A stretch of DNA of 64,000 nucleotides from an uncultured virus (IMG/VR IMGVR_UViG_3300020048_000111) (Duplodnaviria > Heunggongvirae > Uroviricota > Caudoviricetes), in the IMG/VR virus record IMGVR_UViG_3300020048_000111. The stretch is one strand, 5' to 3'. The position numbers were made by a program, and so were the translations under genes. The notes beneath the pieces were generated by a model. That model did not search any database, was not told the origin of the DNA, and worked only from the letters and a program-made list of their open reading frames with translations. Below, piece by piece: positions 52,101-59,900 of the stretch; within the stretch, counting starts at the first letter, position 1, and every line of letters begins with the position of its first letter.

Positions 52101-55100
52101 AGAATGGAATGATAATGAGGAAGCTCAATATAGGTATGATGTTGCTTGGGAGAAAAGAGATAAAGCAGAAATAGCAAAAAAAGAAGGAAGAGATGTAGAA
52201 TCAAAAGCTTATTACGATAGTATATCTGTTGAAGAAGCAATGATACTAGAAGGGAAAAATCCACAGGTACAAAGTGCTTATACGCCATTAAAACCTATTG
52301 CCAGAGGCAACAAAGCTAATAAGAGGAATTACAATGATGTTGTGATGGATAAGTATGCTCTCTATCCACTTTCTTATAGGATGATGAAGAGTGTAAATAA
52401 AGCAGGAGGTAAGGAAAATTCAAATGCTATTGCTCTCTATAATAAAATGCAGAATGAGAAATTAGATTATATGGTATTTGAAACAGGTAGAAAGGTAGGG
52501 GCAGAACAACTATCTCCTGTTTATAATGTTGATGGTAGCTTTAATACTTCTCCATACAAAGGAATAGTAAATGTTCCTTTTGAAATATTAAGTATTCAGG
52601 CAGAAGTTCCTTCACATGATGATAACAATGTAACAAGAGGTAGTCAGATTACTAAACTTGTTACAATGGATTTCATGGAAGCAGGTGTTCCTGTTGATTT
52701 TGATGAGAGTAATAAAAATTTCAGTAAAAGGTATAAAGCTTGGTATGCTCTTTCAGAAGAGGCAAAGAAAGAAATTTCTCCTTTATATAAAGAAATAATA
52801 AATAATCAGAACCTTCTTGAGGAATTAACACAGAAAGGGTATGAAAATTTATTAAAAACTCTTGGTATAAAAGAAGAGAATGGTGCTTTCACTATAATTG
52901 ATCTTTCCAAAACAGGAGAAATGTTAAGGGATGAAATCCTTAAAAGAGAGGTGAATGATAACATTAGTAAAGCTCTCTCATCTTTCTTAGAAGGAAAATC
53001 AGTATTGGAAGCTACTCCTGCATATCAACAAATAAGGAACATTCTTTATTCTATTGCAGATAGGGAAGTTATCTCACAAAAAATGCCAGGAGGTTCTAAG
53101 GTACAAATACCCTCTTTATTCTTTGAAGAACAAAGACTTGGTATAAAAAAGATTGCAGGTAAGAAAGGGTATACATCAGATGTATTGAGATTTTACTCAG
53201 AAGGAGAGAATAAAACTAATACATGTGAAATAATGATAGGAAGATGGTTTGATAGTCCTCTTTCAGATGAAGAACTTTTAAACTATTTGAATAACACACC
53301 TGAAGGACAGAAAATTCTTTCCGGACTTGCATATAGGATTCCTACACAGAAACAGAATTCAATTGAAGCATTTGTAATTAAACAATTCCTTCCAAAGGAA
53401 TTTGGTGATAGTGTTGTTGTTCCTGCTGCTCTTGTAGAGAAAACAGGAGCTGACTTTGACATTGATAAACTCTTTATGTATTTGAAGAATGTTATCATGG
53501 GAAAGAATGGATTGGAATTAGTTAATTATTTAACAGATGAAAACTCTACAGTTGGTAAGAGGTATTACAATTGGGTAAAAGAGAATGTAGATAAGGATGC
53601 TAAGAAATATATAAATTTCCTATCCAAAGGAGCAATAAAGGAACTAAGAACTAATTTTAAAGCTAGATTAGATGAAATAAGTAGTAGTTATAAAACTGCT
53701 ATTTCTACAAAGAAAGAAGAACTTTTTGAGCAATATGAAGAATTATTCAATGATGTAGATTATGTTCTGAATGTTCAAATGCAGGATAACTACATAATGG
53801 AATTATTTGATGAAGGTAAAGAGATATTCTTTAGCCTTTCAGATGAAGCAAGAGCAGACTATTGGGTGTTGAAAGCTTCAATGAGAATGAATAATATTCA
53901 GGGGCCAAAAGAGATTGAAAATTATCTTGCTCTTACACTTCGTAAAATTGAAAGAGGAGAACAATCTGAAGATATTGTTAATTTCTTAAATATGGCTTCT
54001 TTATATGAACAGGAGTTAGAAGTATTAGGTGCTACAAAAGAATATGTAGATGCTTATAAAGCTGAAGCTCTTAGGGTATTTAGAGAAGGTAAGAATGAAA
54101 CTATACAGGATATAGGAGAACAATCAAAACAGATATCAGCAAATGTTAAAGCTGAATATATAAATACTAAAGAATCTATAAATGTACAGGCAGCAGAAGA
54201 AATGGCAGAAATACAAGGGCTTCCTTCTCTTGCAGAATTTAGTAGATTTTCTCTCAATAAACAGAATACAAAGAAAGCACTTGAGAATGCATACATAGAA
54301 AGCAGTGAAACTCTTGTTCTTCATCCAAAGAATTACAAGAGGCTCATTCAACCTAACTCAGCAAAGCAATTAAAAGACCTTGCTGAAGAAATTACCATTA
54401 AAACTATAGGGCATAAATTTGATTATGCTAATATCAATAATATGCTTGATATTGGTTTTATGACAAGGCTTAGACATGCTTTTGTAACAGGTAAATATGC
54501 TATTGGTATTGCTGCTGTTAATCAAACTAACCATTCTCTCAATCAAAGACAACCTATCTTTATTGATAAAGAAAAGCTTAAATTAGTAAAAGAAGATGCT
54601 CATTGGTTGGGTGATGCCACTATTAGATTTGACAAATATAATAAAATTACTGTTGATGGAAGAGTTGTTCCCACACTCTCTATGATAACAAATGCTGATG
54701 GACAAGATATATCAGATATCATAGGACAATTTATTGATGGGTATGTTGATATATCCAAAGGGCCTTGGATTATGGAACTTGGAGCTACACCTAATGTTGC
54801 TTCTACTTACCTATTTCTTGCTAAACTTGGAGTTCCTATTGATACAATAGCATATTTTATGAATCAACCTATTGTGCAGGATTATTTAAGAACGATTGAG
54901 AGTGAGGGGTATTCATGGTTGTTTATTGACAAATATGTAAAAGTTGTAAAAGGTGATTATGCTTCTTCTGTTAAAATTCCTTCAGAGGGGTGGTCTATTC
55001 CTTCTAAGAATGTATTAAAGAATTTAGTAGGAAAGAAGGTAGCAGAAATGAATACAAGTGAATTAGCTAATCAAAGGCTTATGTTAGATGAGTTTTTGAA

Positions 55101-56994
55101 ATATGCTAAAATGGCTGAACATATGTTCCTGGTTACACAAGGTAGTAACTTTGATACAGCTACATTTAATGATCCTTATTTAGTATTCAAGAAATTCAAA
55201 CAACTTGAAAAAGCACAGAGCACCATTATTAGTAGCATTAATAAAGAAGGAAATGTTATTAGTGGCGTAGATGGACTGTTGAATAATTCATTTATTGGTA
55301 CATTAAAAACAAGAATAGAATCATTAAGGGATGCATTAGCAGAGATATTAAAATCAGATCAACCAAGGGTAAGAGGAATTATTGAAAAGGTTATTACCCC
55401 CTATATACAGATGAATGATAATGATTTTGTTAAACTTGCTCAAAAAGCTGTTAATGATTTATTTGATTATGCTCTTCAGACAGATACAGCTTTAAATGAA
55501 GAAATAACAGACATTCTTATTAAAAAAGGAGGTGTTGCAAAAGAGGTGGGAACATTTATACAGCATGTAAAGGATAATAAAGGACATCCTTTACATAATA
55601 ATATTGTTATTAACCTTATGCAGATTGTTCCTTCAGATAAAGCAGGGGATGCTTCTATAACAAATGTTAAGGTGAAGAGTTTAGCCAATAAGGTGTATGA
55701 CCAAAATAACCTTATATTTGCATTTAGAGAGATAAGGGATTATTTAAAAGGCCAGGATAGTAAACTTTATGACAGGCTCATTAGACTTGCTGTATTACAA
55801 TCAGGACTTTCTAAATCTACATTATCTTTTACATCTGTAATTCCTTTTGAAGACTTTGAAAAGATATATAATGAGACACTTTCTTCTTTGGAAAAAGTAC
55901 CACATTTGGAACAGTTTTATGAATTAGGTGTGTTCCAAAGAAATAATTGGAATAATGATGATATTGTTCCTCACATAAAAGCAAAATACATTAAGTTTCC
56001 TGCAGGAGGAGGAAAATACAATCCTTCAATGGCTTCCCTTCCTGACAATGTAAAGAAAGCTACAATAGCCGGAGATATACCTCAAATGCTTACACAATCG
56101 GTTCTTAACAAAGAAGCTAAATCAGACTACATTGTTTATTCATGGGAGGATATTTCTCTTTCTGCTGAAGATAAAAAACAAGGACTCACCACAACAGCAA
56201 AGAAAAAAGCTTATATGCGTAGAACAGGTGACTTCTCTTATATACAAAAAGGACTTTTCCAAAAGGTGTATGATGATTTTGGTACAGCTTTAATTCACAG
56301 GGATTACAAGGGAAAGGAATATTTTGTGTACAAAGCTACAAATGCCTGGGGAAATGGCAATAAAGCAAATGAGTTTTATGCAGAAGACAGACCTTCAGTG
56401 ATTGATAATGGTTTTATCCCCATTAACAGTAACCCACATGACAATCATAATATAATAGACCTTTTTCTCAAAGAAACTCCAAAAGCTAAACAACAAACAA
56501 ATACATCTACTTATGAAATTAATAAACCAAAACAAATAGGTAATACACAAAAAACTAAAACTTCTTGGGCAAGAAAATCAAATAATGGGTATGAAGTATC
56601 TACCAAGGGTGATAGTAGGTTTAGTGCTTTTAATGCTAAAATAAAAGCAGAAGGAAACAAAAGTATAGAAGAGATATATCAAACAGAAGTTAAAGGATAC
56701 AAATCTATCTCTGAAGGGAAAGGAAAACCACCAAAGACAGGATTAAGTAGAGAAGAATCATATAATCAATATAAAGAATTGTGGATACAATGGGCTAATG
56801 AAAATCCTAATTTAATGCAAGAATTAGCCAATAAAGCACAAGGAAAAGTATTAACAGATATGTTTGCTAATACAGAAGTAAATCAAGCAAGAGCCTTATC
56901 TGAAATACTAAATGATTTTGATTATTATTCTAATGAGAAAACAAACAAACCAAAAGAATTACCAGCAATTTCACGTTCATCTAAAAAATGTTAA
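43174..56994 (+). CDS. giant virion-packaged RNA polymerase polyprotein (crAss-like two-barrel RNAP)
   Basis: 4606 aa; YRIPTQ and GADFDIDK (DFDID at 53452-53466, the catalytic motif of phi14:2 gp66-type vRNAP); hydrophobic N-terminus, coiled coil and zincin-like segment. Confidence 0.88.
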   Translation: MADTPKLDRLGLEKQFGGYEPAQPSPLQNIPFKGLDTPFSGVGGDGEDITPSALTALENSIFSHGSSNGKLRGGGIPRSFEEVSSGRYNSFVPGNYNNEDAFAQGQGWPSKMVNGVSKGLLLTGTTFLQSTVGMINGVARWAQDGKFSSFYDNEFNRVLDELNKKAEDILPNYYTDAEKSADWYSPSKLFSANFLWDGIVKNLGFAAGAALSGGVFAAGLKGLSALPGLAKLVSIGKAAEALAATEKGLLAAEKVAETYGRVKSLSDKFLSSYKILSPGGRAVVAGLATTGEAGFEAYHNLNDFRNTKIQEYKDTHNGVAPTGQVLEDINREADSVGNSSFMLNTALLSVTNYIQFPKILGSSYTAEKGMITGLVRETKGIIEESGKYITKPLGNKILSTLNKIRPYTFSISEGFEEGAQFAITKGTQDYYDKKYRGEDTDIISSLAKGIEETLTTNEGMENVLIGGLSGAIMLGRGKFKQSSEISKNTVDALSKFNKFRLSDFTKDTIDSINRGVLLQEQREQTLKEGNIIDSKDLEADYIINYLSPRIKYGRYDLVTSEINDHRILASTEEGFAQLQAEGKALPSDTREAYLERLNLLQQTAENTKSLYQSLNLRYGALTDENGNLVYSSPIIDKMVYAASKVADYDNRIPGLSSKLVGAGIDIDTVVKDIIEGKVESFNEASIKIKALDILDEEKTSLGQSLDDVGEMSLRRNKFLKEYEEIKNNPTKHREQRIEDLSQEEKEEKKIVKIATQNKNTEFETGKEYFLGTTVDYDKNGLETPIDIHKFTLLGENEDGTLKISVEGKIYDVPANKFAKYKLTETSALKNNKTANYFYQHRNDIFSYNFGKKFGGKKLGRIQYEDGKLYFVYKGAKGKVIKKQIDNSHFTPQKGYDFARITNTNKQVRTSEQLQADKEFQEEKDTKSAKEKISENRAKRVGILAELAQEIVQDQAITEQNIEKRNAELENIKKELAVLEEKILSTENDRDLRFKNKIMFKATTRKMLAAAERLSLMQEKLEKELIDLQARKEDLDIDLSYIEDAAQYIEELPEYGDDFLDELKEQKELMEELIAKTETEIEGTKGILEKVKSALDSAMSLLTDLVHKFEKKFPNVPLDVMGQTWIDFLQANPNFLKLKPTYKEELKSLEELVAQVEDLDIIPGERTVKELSDNINELQSALVEYKKELKAKSAILDKFQKIADKYLQEKEEENKLAKDEQLIKEALGTEDNDTIVQLPFSHKFEAEAKKADDYVPISTIPLDDTEVSHHVRANKFGTLLNKLPNRKKIRGVFITLKNEEALGLKGLMNLLKNEEDGVDESSIIAMVIVEEDKEGNLTLIDENGIKIESTTDYLSKGIFTVMPDKLLTSGKMFRETTTKEVRDAIIEQYKKWREKIFKVVDTSEVHEIEASLGHAMPVTMLDKDGKEIIDYDARISVEDSEFVSEEDIEGDLLISIPNLNTTHEKGTTSFNTPLGRIFLELPNGYRKLNNKQHSRAEAESIFDTIMQVAKQMMDKSIGIKDPSSVRLVNYLKSVIYWGIPRDPNTKERKPNGYNSLFWEKDSETGQFMLSISGNGKNYPFTPSSLQLNKEQIITLLTNMYNNVNSTLVKDLNSEYEQIINISSSGEIKSVIWPNYQTYLLSNKTPDGKKRTDIPLTTNTRPIVKDVEGDTNITGVYFYTTDTQDDFVIPISEKPKATPAAKLVVKTKGEEVKTIINTKDLKIGDTLSITTSESVFDITVTGISHNNGLLSLQYKNSYGIDVVYRGKEADIKNGEFFPSERRIGPKPFSNLSTASFVKIELSKKGISTGKKEIISTSGTFILDGKTTNTYTSPKTGLSILFGAPANVNENNFMKVISVFQGANLDEIFSNVSDRVKEVNPKFTPKQVTEEAQKLIKRTIYDAIIPQLGKASNMEGKDEVFEIPDDENEETAATENAPVEEQDEAFEIPNDEENSDAVNNAINNALKNKNKQKPILREMLEKEIAEDKIENWVEIEEWIKTNFPHLPLYRVKNIISEIGGDRKAWGMLKNGALYIYEQAEVGTVYHEVFEAVWKLMSSPEERASIENEFKNRKGIFTDRPTGTTIKYADATAQQIKEQLAEEFREYRINRKIPQKPVDGRPFILKLFSDIVNMVKGLFGKENFSSLTEELFNKINTGGYKNNIPLETALSYASRGIIDIEDAYFTEVDELSAVAITDIEKMEIVEEMTYLTLVDLVASDRGLFVLPTLNRTELYSKLKNEILETIANKVVAAYDLVESETLTLKQVKPTIDKYTNLMKLIDKQWESIVAKHKEYLKGYSIEFDENDRLQLTDENNTGRDNYQDATKIDNFKKTNAAIKLLLATMPKVYLDENNEEVAELSSIGGHKLIPMSETYIAIMSNVHTSRGLEEMFSRLREMAVVNPNYRTLYKRLTKTNWMDKGVDFNKIETTHGLQLVSAFWKTFKKQNPSVQNVFILENGEVVVGDANLSTAAAQLKSEYIHSIILSAKEGKGFYKYDEGKKKYVGIPAKVKGIDLNTNEKRVLFLSKLGISFTLKEINSFSKNLNKFQQFKETVDGIKASIANTDEIAMFSGKVLEINNRLLELALLKASLTHPEFDSTYFNVTGDRTQSFIGTNAPSDLYDVLSQIDNLSELKGTQYAYLLTDVFSQGSDVLSRMFKKDGSRRTDIGSEGLLKVGYVSGIINSVKGKQKQSSKLSYPERIIQGINLNLKGWFLNLIPADATIEWMLNMGTPITTSNLSKGMIGVNRIFGEYFKAELALARDKRPLDRHRDKKLVKELRFFKEILGEKLHNDVIAETKPIEDVYTKYENRINTALDKYITKKTNNLKWLLERFNILKQEETGWNTENIDLPENMTENELNGHLKALSINFMIANIEMHKILYSDPYQYWDELKRIKAFNSPAQPLVNDPKMNAAYNKVWNKGFKKGEIGYTDFTKSYFSTGTFADVIGIIDLPDYKEYEETNGSGIITFGAYRNFRIRAGEWNDNEEAQYRYDVAWEKRDKAEIAKKEGRDVESKAYYDSISVEEAMILEGKNPQVQSAYTPLKPIARGNKANKRNYNDVVMDKYALYPLSYRMMKSVNKAGGKENSNAIALYNKMQNEKLDYMVFETGRKVGAEQLSPVYNVDGSFNTSPYKGIVNVPFEILSIQAEVPSHDDNNVTRGSQITKLVTMDFMEAGVPVDFDESNKNFSKRYKAWYALSEEAKKEISPLYKEIINNQNLLEELTQKGYENLLKTLGIKEENGAFTIIDLSKTGEMLRDEILKREVNDNISKALSSFLEGKSVLEATPAYQQIRNILYSIADREVISQKMPGGSKVQIPSLFFEEQRLGIKKIAGKKGYTSDVLRFYSEGENKTNTCEIMIGRWFDSPLSDEELLNYLNNTPEGQKILSGLAYRIPTQKQNSIEAFVIKQFLPKEFGDSVVVPAALVEKTGADFDIDKLFMYLKNVIMGKNGLELVNYLTDENSTVGKRYYNWVKENVDKDAKKYINFLSKGAIKELRTNFKARLDEISSSYKTAISTKKEELFEQYEELFNDVDYVLNVQMQDNYIMELFDEGKEIFFSLSDEARADYWVLKASMRMNNIQGPKEIENYLALTLRKIERGEQSEDIVNFLNMASLYEQELEVLGATKEYVDAYKAEALRVFREGKNETIQDIGEQSKQISANVKAEYINTKESINVQAAEEMAEIQGLPSLAEFSRFSLNKQNTKKALENAYIESSETLVLHPKNYKRLIQPNSAKQLKDLAEEITIKTIGHKFDYANINNMLDIGFMTRLRHAFVTGKYAIGIAAVNQTNHSLNQRQPIFIDKEKLKLVKEDAHWLGDATIRFDKYNKITVDGRVVPTLSMITNADGQDISDIIGQFIDGYVDISKGPWIMELGATPNVASTYLFLAKLGVPIDTIAYFMNQPIVQDYLRTIESEGYSWLFIDKYVKVVKGDYASSVKIPSEGWSIPSKNVLKNLVGKKVAEMNTSELANQRLMLDEFLKYAKMAEHMFLVTQGSNFDTATFNDPYLVFKKFKQLEKAQSTIISSINKEGNVISGVDGLLNNSFIGTLKTRIESLRDALAEILKSDQPRVRGIIEKVITPYIQMNDNDFVKLAQKAVNDLFDYALQTDTALNEEITDILIKKGGVAKEVGTFIQHVKDNKGHPLHNNIVINLMQIVPSDKAGDASITNVKVKSLANKVYDQNNLIFAFREIRDYLKGQDSKLYDRLIRLAVLQSGLSKSTLSFTSVIPFEDFEKIYNETLSSLEKVPHLEQFYELGVFQRNNWNNDDIVPHIKAKYIKFPAGGGKYNPSMASLPDNVKKATIAGDIPQMLTQSVLNKEAKSDYIVYSWEDISLSAEDKKQGLTTTAKKKAYMRRTGDFSYIQKGLFQKVYDDFGTALIHRDYKGKEYFVYKATNAWGNGNKANEFYAEDRPSVIDNGFIPINSNPHDNHNIIDLFLKETPKAKQQTNTSTYEINKPKQIGNTQKTKTSWARKSNNGYEVSTKGDSRFSAFNAKIKAEGNKSIEEIYQTEVKGYKSISEGKGKPPKTGLSREESYNQYKELWIQWANENPNLMQELANKAQGKVLTDMFANTEVNQARALSEILNDFDYYSNEKTNKPKELPAISRSSKKC

Positions 56995-56997
56995 CAG

Positions 56998-59900
56998 ATG
57001 CCTTGTAAAATTCAAATCAGACAGAATATAGTATTTAATGTTCAGCAACTTTCTGACAAATATTTAAGCAACTCTCTTGAAGATGCTAGAGAAGGAGCTA
57101 TTAAAATAAATCAGATGTATAATGCTGATGTTGTATCTTTTGGTATGACAGGAGGGGAAGATGTTATTACAGCTAATATACATATTCCTGAAGAGGTGGT
57201 TGATAGATACTATGAGAATGAGGTTTATCTTGAAGAAGAGGATGCAAGAATTTTACAGAATAATGAAATAGAAAGAGGAGGATATACAGAAGAAGATAGA
57301 GGAACTTTTTTTCAATTAGGTAATGATAATGAAATAGTTAAAGAAATTAGAAAAACAAAACCATTTACATTTAATGCTCCTGAAGGTGAACCATCTATAG
57401 AATGGGAGTATTCTACAACTATTGATGAAGATATTTATAATTTTACTGCCGGAATATATAATTATTATAATGAAGATACAGAAACTGTAGATAAATACTT
57501 TGATATAGATTTTGATGTTAATGGTTCTGATGAATTGGTAGGTAAGAATTTATTTGCAAGAAAAAAACAAATAATTCCTATTATAAATGCTTTTATGACT
57601 AAAGCATCTTCTTATCAATCTGTAGATAAAATTAGATTAACTAGTTCACTTGAACAAGGGCCAAAGAAAGCTCAACAAAGGGCTCTTTTATATAAACGTG
57701 TAATGGATGAATTAGGTTTTCAATTTGATTCATTTGCTGATAATGGTGAAACTGTTCTTTATAAAATGCCACAGCGTAATATGATGAATCAAACAGAAGA
57801 TGTTCCTGCTTCAAAAGCATCTCCTGATACAATAGCAAAGGTGAAAGAAGCATGTGCTAAAATGGGAATTAGTATTCAGGCTCTTTCTGAGTATATAAAG
57901 AACAATCCTAATGTTAATACAAAAGGAATTAATGGTCTTGCCGATTTGGTGAAGGGTATCATTGCCCTATCTGAAGGAAGAGAAGGTGTAGCATTAACAG
58001 AAGAAATGGTACATATAGCAACATCTATTCTTGAACAATCATTTCCAAAAATGGTAACAGAAATGATAAGTAAAATAGACAGGTTTGCTATTTACAAGAA
58101 AGTATATGATTCATACAAAGGAAAATATGTTACAAAAGAAGGAAAACCAGATATAAGGAGAATAAAAAAAGAAGCTGTAGATAAGCTAATTGCTGAATTA
58201 ATAATTAACAACAATGAGAATGCAACAGAGTTTCCTGAATTAATGGAAGAACAAAACAGAAGTCTTATTAAAAGATGGTGGGAAAATATTCTTGATTGGT
58301 TCAGAGGGCAATATAGGAAAACAAATATTGACATATTTAATATTGCTTCCAAAGAGATAATGGAGGGTAATCTCCAATTCTATCCTAAGGAACAACAAGG
58401 AGAAGGAATATATTATCAAATAGAAAAGAATGAAGCTGTAGATAGAATATATAACATCTACAAAGAGAAAGCTAGTAGATTAGAATTGTTTCCTGAAGAA
58501 ACAGATAGTTCAGGTAAGGTAATTAAGAAAAGGCATTACACCTTTGATGGTAAAGAAGTAGCAAGGAGTGTAACAGAGAAAACTAAGGCAAGTAATAAAA
58601 TGCCTGAGCGTACTGCTGCTCAATTATTGGATGATGAACAAAAGAGGGATTGGGGATTAGCAGGACATGCTTTTATTCAAAATGATATTGAGGTTAACTT
58701 GATTGATAAGGATGGGTATGCAAGAGAAGTGTTCCTTGATGAGAGAATAAATAGTCCTCTTGATGAAGAGATTACAGATAAATTAAAAATCTTTAATAGG
58801 GAATTAATAAGAAGTTATCCAAAAGGTACAAGATTCCTTATTGAGTTAAAGGTCATAAATGAGAAAGAGAAGGGGCTATTAGCCTCTACAGTGGATTTTA
58901 AGGCAATAGAACCCACTGCTGATGGAAAAGACTTTAGAATTGATACACTCGATTGGAAATTCATGAATATTAATAAAGATCATGAAGAAGATGTTCCTTG
59001 GTATAAACAAAAAGATTGGAAACCTCAAATGGGTGAGTATTCTAAAATAGATAGGGAATATGGTGTTACCTCTAAACAGATTAGGAAAGCCAGGATGATT
59101 CCCTTCCAAATGAATTATGAATATAGGAATACAAAGAATAAAGAAAAGGTGTTATATGCTACATCTATTGAAATAGGTAAACTTGATAGTTTAACAGAAA
59201 CAAATTTATATTTGCTTCCTGTTCCTACAGATATAGAATCAACAGGAAGTGAGAAGATTGATGCTCTTGTTTCCTCTCTTGATATGTATTATGAAAAGCT
59301 TGCAAAGATGCCTGTATCTCCTTTAGAGAAGGATATAAAGAAAGGGCAATTAGCAGAATTATCAAAAGCTATTAGGGTGCTAAGAATGAAAATGGATTTT
59401 GAACCCTTGGCTAATGTAGGAAAGACATTCTTGGAAAATGCTAAAAAAGTGTTGGATACATTAAGGGATGTGGATTATTCTACTATGTCTCAAAAGGATA
59501 TTAATAAAAAGTTGGCAGAACTTCTTGAGTTTAAAAAAAGTGCTGAGAAATTTGCTTCTTTGGATAAGGTGTTTCTTTCTTACTATCCCAAAAATACTCT
59601 TGATGAACAAGGAAGAAAAACTCTGGCTACATTAAGAAGTATTGCAGGAGCAACAGATGTAATGTTAGAAGATATTGTAGATTTACAAAAAGAATATACT
59701 GTTCAATTTGCTCTTATAGAGGGAATTACAAAAGAAGAGAATAAATCTACAATTCTTGAGCCGGAGAAAGAAATAGGAGGATTTTATAGGATGTTATCAG
59801 AAGCTTCCCTTCTTTCTTCAAAAATAATAAATATAGCTACAAACTATATCCTCAATGTAAAGGGAGAAACAAATATTCTTATTGAAAAAGAAACAAAGAA

